A stretch of 63,908 nucleotides of DNA, counting the filler, from Folioceros fuciformis (lineage: Eukaryota), in assembly GCA_049999805.1 (NCBI GenBank). It is 5 parts of 4 records of this genome, joined end to end, with 100 filler letters (N's around TTAATTAATTAA, not from the genome) between each part and the next. Parts side by side here need not be neighbours in the genome. Positions count along the whole stretch, not along the records: positions 1 to 18,825 come from JBNGIO010004089.1; positions 18,926 to 41,118 come from JBNGIO010004089.1; 3 more parts are not named here. The stretch is one strand, 5' to 3'. The position numbers and the translations under genes were made by a program. The notes below the pieces were generated by a model. The model was not told where the DNA came from. It searched no databases and saw only the letters and a program-made list of their open reading frames with translations. Below, piece by piece: positions 10,743-23,248 of the stretch (positions are counted from its first letter, which is position 1; each line of letters opens with the position of its first letter).

Positions 10743-13700
10743 TCAACAGCGCCAGGATGAGGCGGCGATGATGGGCTTGGAATTCCAGCCCAGAACGAGG
10801 CAGCCCTTCTCCTCCGCGAGCGTGTATCCAGGGCAATCGTAGCTGGCCAGCCATCGCCGCGTGTCGTGCAGGAACTTTAGAGGCTGTGGCTGGAAGCCGG
10901 CTCGGCTCATCCTGCGCCGCCATTGATCGATTCTCTCGTGCCGCTCTACCCGCGAGGGCCCCTCGCAAGAGACGATGTTGCGAATCTCCTCCCCGTAGTG
11001 GAACTGCTCGATCTTCACCCTCTGCGTCGAGTACCTCGGCAGCGTGGCGTCCAGGGAATCGAAGATGGCGGAATAGTAGTGCAACGCCTCCACAAACCTG
11101 CGCACATTGAAACAGCGGCATCCTCTCCAGTGAGCTCAAATGATGCGAGGATTGTGAACCGGACACTGCATGCATGCAAGCTTCGGAGATGAATGCTGCA
11201 GTGGTAGAGGTCATGGCCTAGGACTGGCCAGTCTCGGGATCGAAGACACGGTCTGGTTCTGGTTTGGATTCTCTCCTACCTGCCCATGAAGAAGGGTCCG
11301 TTGTGGCTGGCGTCCTGCTCCACCAGCGTCAGGATCTTAGGCCTGAGGTCGTGGATGGACTGCAGGACAGCGTTAAGCGAGCCGCGGCTCTCCTTGACGA
11401 CGCAGTGCAGCTGCAGCACCGAGTTCACGGCCAGCGCTTCCCCATCCCGGAGATCGAGCATGCTCCGGTCCAGGTTCTCCATGTTCTTGTTCACGATCCG
11501 GAAGGCGAAGGTGAGGTCTACCTCACGCGCCACGCGATCCAGCTGCTCTCCTGCTTCTGCCATCTTGGCCGCGTTGAGTCCGACGCCGGTGATTCTCAGG
11601 CTTCGGGGCTTCCCGCCAGCGCGGGAGGCCAGGCTCCGGATGAGGCCCGGCCATTGCAGGCCGTGCGACATGCCCAGGTCGATCACGTGCAGCGCGTCCT
11701 CCCCGGCGAAGGCCTCCAGCATGGCGGTGTTGGCGGAGTAGTGGCCGAATCCAACGTAGGGGCAGCTCTGGCAGAGGAGGGAGAAGCCCTCGTGCCGCTC
11801 CCGCTCGGACGGGCTCGCTCGAACCCTGGCGGGTACCACGGCCGCCATCGCCGCGTTGTTCCCCGAGCTCTTGAACCCGGCCGGGCTGTTGTCGATGCGC
11901 GTGGAGAGCCCGTCCAGGAAGCAGGCCGCCACGCGCTGCATGGCGTCACCGTACGGACTCGCCAGACCCTGCAGCGTCCGCAGGAGAGACGAGGCCTGCC
12001 TGCTGTCCCGGCAGGCCACTGCCTCGGCGCAGTTCACCAGGATCTGCACCAGCCGCAGCCCGCCATCAACCTGGTGCTGCTGTTGCTGTTGCTGCGGCTG
12101 CGTATTGTGCAGATTCCCGGAGGCTGCCGCGGCGGTGGCGAGCTTGGAGAAGCCCATCCCGATGGAGCTGGAGTCAGAGGAGGAGCCGGGGATGTTCATC
12201 CCGGCGGCGGCCCGGCTGATGAGCGCGGAGGCGGAGAGGCCGGAGGAGGAAGGAAGGTGCAGGCTGCGCGGATCCAACTGGTGGAGTCTGCTCGGATTCT
12301 CTTCCCGGTGACAGGCCTTGGATTGGGTGTAGGTCTGGATCTGAGCGCGGACCTGGGAGGAGGCGGAGCAGGACGGGAGCTCGACGGAGGACTGGGAGCG
12401 GGAGGGAAGAAGTATGGAGGAAGTGGGGATCATGCCGCTGGGGTAGCCTCCGCCATAGCCGGGTCTGGGAAGGTTCTTGACGCTGTCCTGGTACGAGGGG
12501 GCCCATCGGGAGCCTCGCAGCAGGGCTGGTTCGGACCTGGAGTGGCGGAGAGAGGGGCTCCTGCCGCATTTGGCGACGGGCTTGGAGCGGAGGAAGTCGG
12601 GGATGGCGGATTCCTTGCTCCGGCTTGGCTCTGCTTCCTGCTTCATAGATTCCGCGCTCTTGCAGCACAGCACGCCGTACCGGGCCCGTCGATCATAGGC
12701 GTAGAGCTTGTCTGCGGAGTTCCTGCGCAGGCGGAGGGTATTTCGGGCAGGGGGCCTCCCGCCCCCAGAGCTGTACCAGAAGCCGGGGCCGTCGGCAATT
12801 TGGGTGGCGGTGGATGGAAGCTTTGCGGGGTCTATGATAGCGTTGTCTCCAAGCATGCGGGAAATGAGCGGGGAAACTGGCCTGGTGGAAGGCGCAGGGA
12901 AGAGTTCTTGCTGGTAGTAGTCTGCGATTGCGCGGGACTCGTCCTGCATGCTGGCTTGGGCTTCCTCCGGCTCCATGGCGAACTCGCACTCCAGGCCTTG
13001 TCTGGTGCAAGCTTCCTCGCCATGGCCGGCTCCCGGTATCGTTGCTGTTTCATCGAAGTTGCTGTGCCCCGATTGGCTGGCAGTGATGGTGGAGAAGATC
13101 TCTGATTGGCTTGTGCCTCCTGCAGGACGCGTCAGGACAGGACCTCTGTTGAGCACTAGTTGGGTAATGAAGAATCAAAAGGTGGTGTGCTCGGATTTAG
13201 CAAAGCACTTGCTCGATGAACTTGTAACTACCTGAGTGTGCCGCGGTTTGGGCCCTTGATTGCTGCTGCATGGAGAATATTGTCATGGATCTGCTCCCCG
13301 GGAAGGATGTGGAGACGCTTGACATTGACAATGCATCGAATGAGGACCCTTCGATGCACTGAGGATCCCCGCACCCGCAGCTCGAGCCTATGTTGGGAGT
13401 AATGTCGTTTTCGTTGCAGCGGTCGTGATCGTTCGCCTGAGTAACCAAGGACGTGGAAGAATGGGAGCTGGGCAGAGATGACCTCCGAGATGGCCCCAAG
13501 AGGACGGGCATTGACTGTAGTAATTCAGGCTCTGTGTTCGCACTTGTTACCATGCTGGTGCTCAGCATGGGCACCAGATCACCGCCGTAGTTCCCAGCAT
13601 CCTGTGCCGCAGGCTCTTGCTCCATCTGATTCTCGTCGGTCCTGGAGAAATAGTCCTCGACCCCGAAGCTCTCGTCCAAAGCGACAGGGCTGGTGCACAC

Positions 13701-13877
13701 GCCAGCGGGAGTTGGGGGGAAATCCGAAGGGTAGAAGAAGGCCCCTCCATCGTCGTCGTCTTGACTTGTCACAATAGCCTTGAGATGAGGGAAAGGAATG
13801 TGAGCTCCTGCCCCAGGTATTCCTCGATTGAACATGCCTGCGGGTTCTGCTAGAAGGAGCCTAGTTGAGCCGAGCAT
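10743..13877 (-). CDS. RAD1: GRAS transcription factor of the RAD1 (Required for Arbuscule Development 1) clade, 3 exons: 13877-13232, 13119-11280, 11097-10743 (946 aa)
   Basis: Full GRAS domain: LRLVQILVNCAEAVACRD, LHVIDLGMSHGLQW, LHCVVKESRGSLNAVLQ, LVEQDASHNGPFFMGR|FVEALHYYSAIFDSLD, RVERHERIDQWRRRMSRAGF, IAASSW. The LHCVVKESRG and QWRRRMSRAGFQ strings are characteristic of RAD1. Exon lengths sum to 2841 nt in frame. Confidence 0.88.
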
Positions 13878-16800
13878 GCTTCACACAATTGCACTCTACA
13901 ATTGATTGGAACAAGTTTAGAACATTGACAAAGCATGGCCCCTTCTTCCTTCCCGCCCGCTACTCACGGCGCCGCAGAGAAGGGGATTCATGGCACAGGC
14001 CTGTCTGGACTCACAACAGCGTCATCATCCATCACCTACATGTCGCAGCAATAGAATGTCATTCACTTGACAGTTGGGGTAAACTTCAGACTGCACTATG
14101 ACTCGTCCAAAACTAGACTCATGAATGAGAATCGGACACTGGGTTTCTCCGACTTGTCTAGTGCTACGAAGGCTGCCTTGCTGAGCAGACCGGCACGGCC
14201 AGAGCAAGGGAGGGAAAGCCAGGCCAGGGAAGCCGAGATCAAACTTTTGTTCATTCCACGACGAGATAGGAAACTTGACAGGCAGCACAAGAGGAAGGAG
14301 AAGCACCAATGGTGCTACACACGGGCTCGCATGCAGAGCTCCGAAACTAGGCTTGAAGCCGAACATGGCCTTATGACATTGCACTCGGAAACGACAAAGC
14401 GTTAAGTCCGACGGCCTCGACATATACAATGCCGGCTGCGTAGGCCCTGAAAACCGCGGAGTAGAATGCCACATGGAGCTTAAGACTGTCTACCCTATAT
14501 ACGATACCTCATAACCAGTCTGGCGATTGGGTTTAGAGTGTTGTTTATCAGATGGCAAGCTGGCAAGGATTAAGATGTGTTGTTTTGCTGAGAACGCAAG
14601 CTGGCACCAATTAAGATGCGTTGTCTATCTGAGAACGTAAGCTGGCAAGCTTTAGATGTGCTGTTAATCTCACAGTGTGCATCAAGACGGGCTAATGAGC
14701 CTTTTCGTAGGGAAGGTTCCTGCAACAATGGAAGAACATCGACCAAGTATACGCAGCTGGGCTTTGCCAGTATATGATCAGAATGTTCGGGCATCGTTCC
14801 ACATGTCCGAATCATCTCAAGTCAGCATAATTTCTGTCAAGGGTCGCTTGTAATTGGACCAAGGAGACAGTACAACTGGGGCCAGACCATAGCACATATT
14901 CGCGCATCCAGTGCTTAGGATACCACTACGGTGTGCTGGAGAGGTGACCCAAAGGGTTGGGGAATTATGCCGCTGCCATGTTGAAGCGCAGCTGCATCCC
15001 AGTCAGAGTAGGATGGTAGAGGGCAGTGGGAGCGGCTCAATTTGCTTCTAATCTGTATTGCAGACTGAACATGGGCCCAGCGTAAGGACAAATTGAAAGC
15101 TGATGCAGTGTACTTGGATGTAATTCCATTGGGAGGGCCAGCACCAGGGATTTCATGCCAGGTTCATGCTTCGCAGGTTCTGTGAACCCACTCCTCTGTT
15201 CAGGCCCACACAACATGCAGGCAGCCATTTGCAACCCAACGATTTCTCACTAAGCGGCTGTACGTCCTGTGTACTAGAATAGCACCGGTTTTTGAGCTAG
15301 TGGTGACGTGCTGGCTCCAGGCAGAGTCTGGAGTCCACTAGATTCTGCAGGTCGTTCTGAGTGCTGAAATAAGGCAAGGACTACTGTTCCAGCTGGCGCT
15401 AGAGATCAATGTGAAACCAGCTGTATTCCGATCATCTCAGGGCGGCTGTGGTATCAACCAAGTATCTGTCGTTCTATCTCTTTATCGAGATTAGCTGAAC
15501 GGAACTCTTCGGCCGCCACTGTCACAGCCCGGGAACCAACCAGCGACCACATATTGAGACACATGTTTGCTTTGTTATCCCCGAAGTCAGTGGTGCCTTG
15601 TACAGAACTCCAACGAAGGACTAGTGAGGCAAGAAATCGAACAGGGTAATACCATGGATTCTGTTTGGGTTAGAATATTCCACTTTGAAATGAGCCACGG
15701 CCACCAATCCTGGATAGATCAGCTGTAGAAGAGAATTGAATAGGGTGAGCGCTAACAAACTTGGGCATGGCTGGTACGATGCACATCATGTAATTTTCAA
15801 AGAATCAAAGTGCACCCAGAAAAGTCTGAAGAACTGGGTAATGGAAGGATTCACTGATCCCACGTCCAATTCCGATCAGAATCTTTTATGGGGTAAAGTC
15901 CTACCTAGTAGGTTTGGCGTTTCTGGCACCTGCTAAGCAAAGCTCCAGAGCTAGATGCCACAAGCTATAATAATCATGGTCCACACGTGACAATTTAGAC
16001 CTGCTGCAAGGTATTTGGATTGTCTTTGTGTTGTCGGGAAGTCTGACAGGGACAGCGTGGTCGCACACAAGCGTTGCTGATATCGAAAGTCGCGCACCTT
16101 CTCCTTCCACTCGACCTTTCCTTCTTAAGTGGATCCGGTGTTTGACATGTCTTGGAGGTTAGCAGGCCCCGAGATCCTGGTGAACTGAAGGATAAGACCA
16201 CGACCCTGCTGATGCATTGATCTGCAAGACCTTGCATGATCCCAACCAACCAGGAACCGGGAGCCCATGGCAATACACGGCCCATTTTAAGCTAGGCGAA
16301 TGTCTATCCGTAACTAGAGCGAAGAGCGAAAAGCTTCCAATGCTTCAAAGTGAAAATGCTTGTTTCAACGCGTCATCTGCCACGGGACACCAGATCATGC
16401 ACCGTCGGGTACGTGTGAATGCCTGTAGGAAGTTCCGTTTGCAGATGTCGGACGAGGAACTTCCTTCCACAAGCTTTAAGAGCTACAAGCACATGATATC
16501 CTGGAACCAAGCTTGAAGTCTTGCAGAGCATGGCAAGGCATGTCGAATGATTGGACCTGCCGATTTCACCCACTCCTCTTTGCACCGTCCAAGTAATAAC
16601 TCAGAGCTTTTTTGCACCGCTTGCAGTGAACAACGAAGCTCTAGAAAGGACGAGGTGGGGACTGCGAGAGCTTCATTGAAGTACAGTTCATTCAAGTACA
16701 GGGTGAGCCCTGATGCTTGGGATTTTCATTTTTGAACAGGGTGGGCTGCTTAGATGGTCAGGAACCATCGCCCATAAGGAACTGTTAGCGCAGTTCAGCT

Positions 16801-17212
16801 GTTAACCTCTGCTTCCACTTGTATGCAACATGTTGACTTCAGGAATGGAATGGACTTTATAGCTGCCCAGCCTTTGCTTGTATATGTCGCTTGGTTAACA
16901 GGAAGCGTCACCTACAAATTTGCGAGCCAAGGCTGACGCAGCCAGTGAGGGGCACCTTAGCAACCCGAATTTTATTTAAGTTTACTAAGAACGGATTTCC
17001 GTCATGGGATCGAATTGTCTGACGCTACAGAAGAATTGTCTGACGTTACAAAAGAAGAAGACACTTAACTGCAACTCTGAGGCTATTGCATAGACCATGA
17101 ACCACTCTGCCATGAACGGTGATTGCTCACAGAGGGGCAGGGACAGCGGTATGAAACTGCGCAAAGGGTTTTCAAAAGGGGACATCAAAGTTATCTCCCC
17201 GACATGTAGGAC

Positions 17213-17217
17213 AAAAA
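17213..17217 (-). terminator. Pol III oligo-T terminator of tRNA-Leu
   Basis: T5 run immediately after the discriminator base on the minus strand. Confidence 0.8.
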
Positions 17218-17298
17218 TGTTGACAATGGGATTCGAACCCATGCCCTTTCGGACCAGAACCTTAATCTGGCGCCTTAGACCAGCTCGGCCATGTCAAC
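17218..17298 (-). tRNA. trnL-AAG: tRNA-Leu (anticodon AAG)
   Basis: Minus strand reads GTTGACATGGCCGAGCTGGTCTAAGGCGCCAGATTAAGGTTCTGGTCCGAAAGGGCATGGGTTCGAATCCCATTGTCAACA. It has an acceptor stem, D and T loops, a long variable arm, an upstream AT/TATA-like tract and a downstream TTTTT. Confidence 0.97.
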
Positions 17299-17329
17299 TA
17301 CATGCTGTACACTATGTTTATTAATATAT

Positions 17330-18551
17330 TTATTTATTTAGCATTCTCAACCAGGTGCACGGATCCCTATGAGGATGCTGGGGTGGAGAAGTTGAGCCCT
17401 TTGTTGAAGTCGATGTTACACTCCGCCCGGAAGGCATCAGTGTAGGAAGGTTGCTAAGCAACCTTCCTAGATGCATCCCAGCCTTGAAATTCTCTGCGCC
17501 ATTTTGCCAGGGTCTGAGGCATAGCTCAACTGCCGGCTGTTCGGCAGCTTTGTGGCCACTGCCATTTTTAAGACCTTGTCGGTCAGTCCACCTAGTCTGA
17601 CCTGGCTGCTGCCAAGGATGTGGGCTCATGCCCGTAGAGGGACGTGTTCGTGGGCGGCCTTATCTTGTCCTTGCACCTCTAAACCACATGTACGCCTCGT
17701 ATGGAGAGAGGTCTTTCACAGTACCTGCTGCCTGGGCATTGTGCCACAATCTCTTGTTACTCTCATCTTCCGGATCCAACTGCGGTCCCTGAAAGATGAC
17801 CACGAGTATAGGAACCGGACCTTTTGTGAACCCAACAAACTGGCGTGTGTGCAGAAATTCTACTAGGAGTCTCATCTTTTGCAGTCAACCCTTGGCAGAC
17901 AAATTTAACGCCTCCAGGTGCGCCAGTATGAGGAGCCCAGCAGTTCCATTCTGAGAATGCGTGAGTAGGACGTGTTTTCCAGCGGTGGTGGTCGTTGCCA
18001 GGAGCAGGAGCACTAACGGCAGCAATTTGTTTCTGGACCCTACCATTTGGCGGGACAACGAACGAGATAAGAAGATTCCGTTTCCTGCCTTTGAGCGTGC
18101 GGTGGCTTTCCACATACTTCAGCCAGCTTGGGTTGATGAGCAGCTCATTTCCTTGGATGTGGAGATGGACGTGGTGCCACCCCTTCAGAGTCCAGGTCTC
18201 CGGATACGTCTGTAACCAGGGGTGCCTCTCCTTCCAAGTCCAGGGATCCGGATGAGTCTGAAACCTGGCAGGCTTGCTGGATCTGGAATGGGCGGGCGTC
18301 GTAAAAACCCGTGAGCATGTTATGCGAGCAGAGAATAGCAGAGAGCCTTTCTGACGGAGTTGAAGTCCAGAAACCTTCAGCGCATACGGACTCTGCAATC
18401 TCTGTCCGACACGAACCAATTGCAAGGGGAGAACCTTATCCTGCCTGCCCATAAACGAAGGTAGAGGCAGGCTGAGGAGGTCATGACTCTGTTCACCAGG
18501 GTAGACGATCAGAACTATACGATCAGACACGTTTCCGCTATTCCGTTGCAT
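17330..18551 (-). CDS. Hypothetical protein, probably multi-exon; structure uncertain
   Basis: A 262-aa ATG-initiated ORF plus downstream same-strand ORF pieces (17660-17875, 17330-17629). No family recognised. Confidence 0.3.
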
Positions 18552-18825
18552 TTCCTTCTGTAAGGCACCGGTATGTTACAGAAAGGCATGCAACTGCACG
18601 GACACAGTCGCAATGGTACTGCTGGATCACTGCTGGTGGGCATCTGGCCCTTGAATGCATACCTAGGAAAGGTGGTGATGTGGAAGATGCGCGCCCGGAC
18701 TCTGACAGTTGCCCCTTCGCTTTTTTTTCTTTCTTCTTTTCTTCCCTTTTTTGTCTGATGTACTGGTTGTGTGAGGTAGCTTCACGTCCGCAACAGTCTT
18801 CCGTGTGCCTTGGATGAAGCTACCA

Positions 18826-18925
18826 NNNNNNNNNNNNNNNNNNNNNNNNNNNNNNNNNNNNNNNNNNNNTTAATTAATTAANNNNNNNNNNNNNNNNNNN
18901 NNNNNNNNNNNNNNNNNNNNNNNNN
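18826..18925. other. Artificial contig-joining spacer N44-TTAATTAATTAA-N44
   Basis: The identical 100-nt structure, with a stop-in-all-frames linker, occurs four times in the window. Confidence 0.95.
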
Positions 18926-19301
18926 TCGGAGGACGTTGTTCAGGTCTCTCAGCACTGCGAGCGGACATCGATTGCAGTCACAGCTGGCTGCAGAGATGTC
19001 CGTCACCAAGGGTGATGAGGATATTGTGGAGGAAAGTAGCCCTGTCAGGAAGGCTGCCAGGCAGCGGAGGAGCAGCGATGAGGGTGGCGTCTCCTCTCTG
19101 TTTGACAAGCCTACCTCTGGCTCTGGCTCTGGCTCTGGCTCTCCCTCGTCGGAAGCCGAGCTGGTAGGGCAGGATTCTGCTGGCTCCATCTGGGAGAGGA
19201 GGGCTGTCAACAGGCCAGGCATGTTGGAGACAGGCGTTGTGAAGGTGGCCGTGCCATCTTCAGGCGCACAGCCTGCACAGTTGTTTGTGGTTGCTCAATA
19301 G
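18926..19301 (+). CDS. 3' fragment of a Ser-rich protein, 5' end lost at the spacer; C-terminal WERR motif
   Basis: The frame is open from the gap to the TAG at 19301. SIWERRAVNRPGML resembles ALWERRQFSKPRAL at the end of the 23249-26098 protein. Confidence 0.45.
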
Positions 19302-20497
19302 TGGTGGTTTATTAGCAAGGAGATGGAAACCTTGCTTCTTAGCCATGTCGAGGAGTAGTGCACAGCGGATATTCTCAGCATCCAGTTTAGGCGATTCTTC
19401 AACCACTGGTACACGCGCCTTGTAGTCTCCGAGCTTCTCAGGTCTCGTGTTACTTGCCGGACCAGAGTTCATACTCCTCCAAGACAAGACGATGTGCTTA
19501 ACGACGCATCTTACGATTTGTCGATGACATCAAGAGTTGCGTACCATGTGAATTCTGACAGGAGTTGCGTAAGTTACCAATAGCTTGTGCATATACTATC
19601 TAGAGCTAGGTTTGGCTTGCATGCAGATTCTGAAGTGGCGTGTGCTTGATGCCCTTCAGTATCCCCGTCCATTTTTTTGCCCCTGTTGTGATGATCGCCG
19701 GTATTGGCAGACGCTGTGCATATTACGTTCCCACCACTTGTAATAATATGCAATTGGCCACTGCCCCATTCCTTCGCACTTGGCAAAGCAGCGAGCCTGC
19801 TGTGTAACAGCCTGTCCACTGCTACAGGATGGATAGTACCACAACCATTGCCTATTCCCCTGCTGATTCCAAGCTGTAAAGTACGCTTACAACGTGCCAG
19901 GAGAGGCCGAGATACCATTCAGCCGCTTTGTATCTACACATGCCTTTCCAACAGACGCACACGTCAGGCACACACGACACAACAACGGCGATGGGGGGCC
20001 CTTACTAGAAACAAAACAGTAGGACCCATACTTCAACAGACATGCGGAAGGACTGCCCTCCTTTCCCATCCCACAGAAGCACCTCCCACGCAATCGAAAC
20101 ATCAAAAGGATAGATATCTCAACAGTGTGGTAAATCTGCCATACAAAATAGCATGCACATCTGACACACCATGGAATGTTTCTTACTACTGTATTAGGGC
20201 AAGGAAGTTGAAGTGCCCAGCAGTCCAGTCCAGTCCAGACCCACAAAGGCGTGGATGAGTGTGTGCAGCGAGTACTAGTGGTGCTGCCTTCCTCATGAGC
20301 AGACTGGAACGCAAACAGTGCACCTCACACAAGTTGCACAGCCATAAACGAGAACGCCGCTGGCATTGGCTTGTGCCAGGCTGCCTTGCCGCCTGGATCT
20401 ACAATCGCGCCTGTATGCATCTCGTGCTGCCTGCTCAACGCGTGATGCCATCTGTGCTGACACAAAACCCACGGTGCTCGGCTTGCGGTACGTACAT

Positions 20498-20519
20498 CAC
20501 ACACACACACACACACACA
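20498..20519. repeat. (CA)11 microsatellite
   Basis: Read directly from the sequence. Confidence 0.95.
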
Positions 20520-21711
20520 TACAGTACATGCGTCGGTGACACGATGTTTCTCCGGAGCACTGTCACCGAGACTGCGCACGGACAGTGACGGACGTGACCT
20601 CATAACACGCTCCCAAGCCCCTTCCTCGATCAAGGCCAAGGCGAACCTCCTGCCACGGAGAAGCACCGCGACAAACGCGCCATCGCTGCCGACCCACTTC
20701 CCGCGGCCCGCTGCCCACTCGTCTGCTGCCACCTTCCCATTCTTTTCGTCCCTCCTCTCTCCCTCTCCACGGCTCCACCTAAAGCCTGTGCCATGTCTCT
20801 TTGGCTGTTGTGGACCGGAGATTCCATCGTACGTGCCTTCCGTCCTCTCCCGCGTGTTTGGGTACAAAATAATAGTTATTTTCATATACCGTGTTGCGTT
20901 CCTTTCTCATTGCATCTTCAACCCGTACCCAGCTACTCATTTCTCCCCCGACTCTGATCAGGGGCCTGCACTTGGCATCACAGCTTGTACCGTTCTTTGC
21001 CTTACAGTATTATTAACTCTTTAAGTACTTATTTTTATCCTTAAAAAATAACTTGTATAAAAAAATAATACTTTTCATTAAGGGCAGTTAAATGGTCTAA
21101 TAACTTGTCAGAAAGTTATTTAATGAAAGCTCTTTGGGCACCAACTTCATATGCCCTTTCAAGTATTGCCTACCTTCCTGTTCTTGCTTCTCCTAAACTT
21201 TTTCAGCATTAGCACTTGACCATAATATTTGAAATATTTTATTTTAATTAATTTTGACTTAAGAATTAGCATATAACCTTGTGTGTATGTACGATAGAAA
21301 AAGAACTTAAATCAAAAACTAAGCCTTGCACCATAAGCTTTGTCACTACAAGGCCTAGCACATGAGAACTAACACTCATCTAGCAAGAAAGAAAAAAGGA
21401 ATGACCCAACAAATTATTGCCCTAAGTAGTTCAATGTTATTTATGCACTTTAGTTTACAGTTTCCTACCTCGTGATTATTGAAACACTTCACAATCATGT
21501 TTCTACTATGGAGTGAAATGAAAGGGCAAATAGCTGTAAATCATGTGCAAAGTTTTTGCAATGAAGTAACAATCTCTCCGCCCACAAATGTATCATTCAA
21601 GTCTAACTGTAGAGTTTGTTTCATAGTGGAAAACCAAGAATGAATTGGCTCTACTTATACATAAGCACTCAATAATTCAGCAAGGATGAAATATTGTTAA
21701 TAAGTTTATGT

Positions 21712-22263
21712 TCATGTTTTAGGTCTACATAAAGATTTAGGTAATGAGGGACAAGCATTATAAGGTGTAAAAGCACTTAGTTGAGCTATTATGCTACAAT
21801 CTCCTTGGACAATGTTTAGATTACAATCAAATGGTCCGTCATAATCGTAATGTAAGAAACAATCTCCAACGAGCATTTCGGCAGACCGGGAGTTCTCACA
21901 AAGATGCAATAATAACTCATTGCGCACAAAAGTAAGACATTGTTCACACTGAGATGCTGATGACATTGATGGATTTTTTTCATAACAATTGATAACACCC
22001 CAATATAGAGTCTTCAACCCAAATAGATTGGCTTCGAAATAGAAGGGCATGTTTGGAAAGGTTGGTGCTCCTTCTCTAATCATTCTATCCGTGAAGAATC
22101 CAATGAGAGGTAGTAAAGGATCCCTGATATCAAATCTTTCCCCACATACGTGTTGCACATAGGTTGTGTTAGGAGGCACTTCTGTCATGGTGGTAGTAAT
22201 TAAGAACATGAAAACAGTCACTTCCTGGAGAGGAAATCGGTTATAGATCCTAGATCTTGCCAT
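21712..22263 (-). CDS. Single-domain Gnk2/DUF26 (stress-antifungal) cysteine-rich protein, probably secreted
   Basis: Hydrophobic N-terminus, then PNTTYVQHVC, GVINC...CEQCL and CENSRSAEMLVGDCFLHYD, matching the Gnk2 pattern. Intronless and located in an AT-rich block. Confidence 0.75.
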   Translation of the reverse strand: MARSRIYNRFPLQEVTVFMFLITTTMTEVPPNTTYVQHVCGERFDIRDPLLPLIGFFTDRMIREGAPTFPNMPFYFEANLFGLKTLYWGVINCYEKNPSMSSASQCEQCLTFVRNELLLHLCENSRSAEMLVGDCFLHYDYDGPFDCNLNIVQGDCSIIAQLSAFTPYNACPSLPKSLCRPKT

Positions 22264-23248
22264 GATGGTTAGTGAGTTAGTTAATTAGTCAGTCAAGGGG
22301 ATTTCCTGTATAATAAAATTAAACTTGTTTAGTTTTCCTGAGAAGAAGTAGCAATGGTGAGAGGGCCTAGGTAGGATGCGTGAGTATGATGATCACTCGA
22401 CACGTATCCATAACTTCCAAGGTGTTGTGTGCATTGATATGGTGGTGGTGCAGAAGGAGATGGCCCAGGCCCTGGGGACAAGGCAGGGGTCAGTGCAATT
22501 GGGCATTAAATGCGATGCAACACCACCCGGTTTCCTTGCCTCATGCCGCACTGAGATCAGGGATCGTTCATCAACCTGCTCTGTTTGGCGTGCAATGCAG
22601 GAAAGGAAGGCAAGACGTGCGAGAGTGGCTTAATGACTGCACGGGGTTCTGATATCGTGTGTCAGGGTGCAGAGGGGATGACGAGTTATTGCACCTCCTG
22701 GGAAAGCGAGTTTCTTGTGTGTCCAGGCCGGGTACAGGCAATCGAGTGTTCTTATAGTCCTGCCTCGCGTTTCGAGGGAATAGTATCATGGCATCTCTTC
22801 TGACGTCAAGGTTCTGGAGTGATTGAACGGTTTTACTAGTCATGACCCACGGCTTCGTCTCGCATCATGAAACTGAGCAGAGGCTTCAAGCCCCTCTCCC
22901 AGATTTCGAATGAGAGCGAGTGTACAAGGCAGAGTGAGAGGGCAAGACCCATCAGGAGCTTCATCTCATTCTTCTGATTAGAATCTATGAATGTTGAAAT
23001 GATGTTAGCAAGAAGGCTGTCAAGGGTATCATGTATGCTAGGGTAGGCAGGACGGCTGTGAACTGTAATACATCACACTCCTATCCTGATGATGTGACGG
23101 GCTTCTTGCCACACGGTGGATTACGGCGGCCGGAAATTGAGCAGTAATGTACAAGCAGAGGGTCGAGCCTGGCTGTGAATCTTCACCTTGAGTACAGGTC
23201 CGTCAGTAACATGCTCCCAGGCCTGAAATGGAGGGAGTCCTGACAGGC

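Noticed and set aside
11264-13105. 613-aa plus-strand ORF antisense to RAD1
   Set aside because: Shadow ORF expected from GC-rich codon usage on the opposite strand; TTG start and no recognisable domain.
13909-15680. CTTGTTC (MYCS-like core, 13909-13915) and P1BS GAATATTC (15673-15680) upstream of RAD1
   Set aside because: One partial and one short degenerate motif far apart, as expected by chance in 2 kb. Not supportable without conservation data.
18870-18881. TTAATTAATTAA palindrome as a biological motif
   Set aside because: It is always centred in N-runs, so it is an assembly linker.
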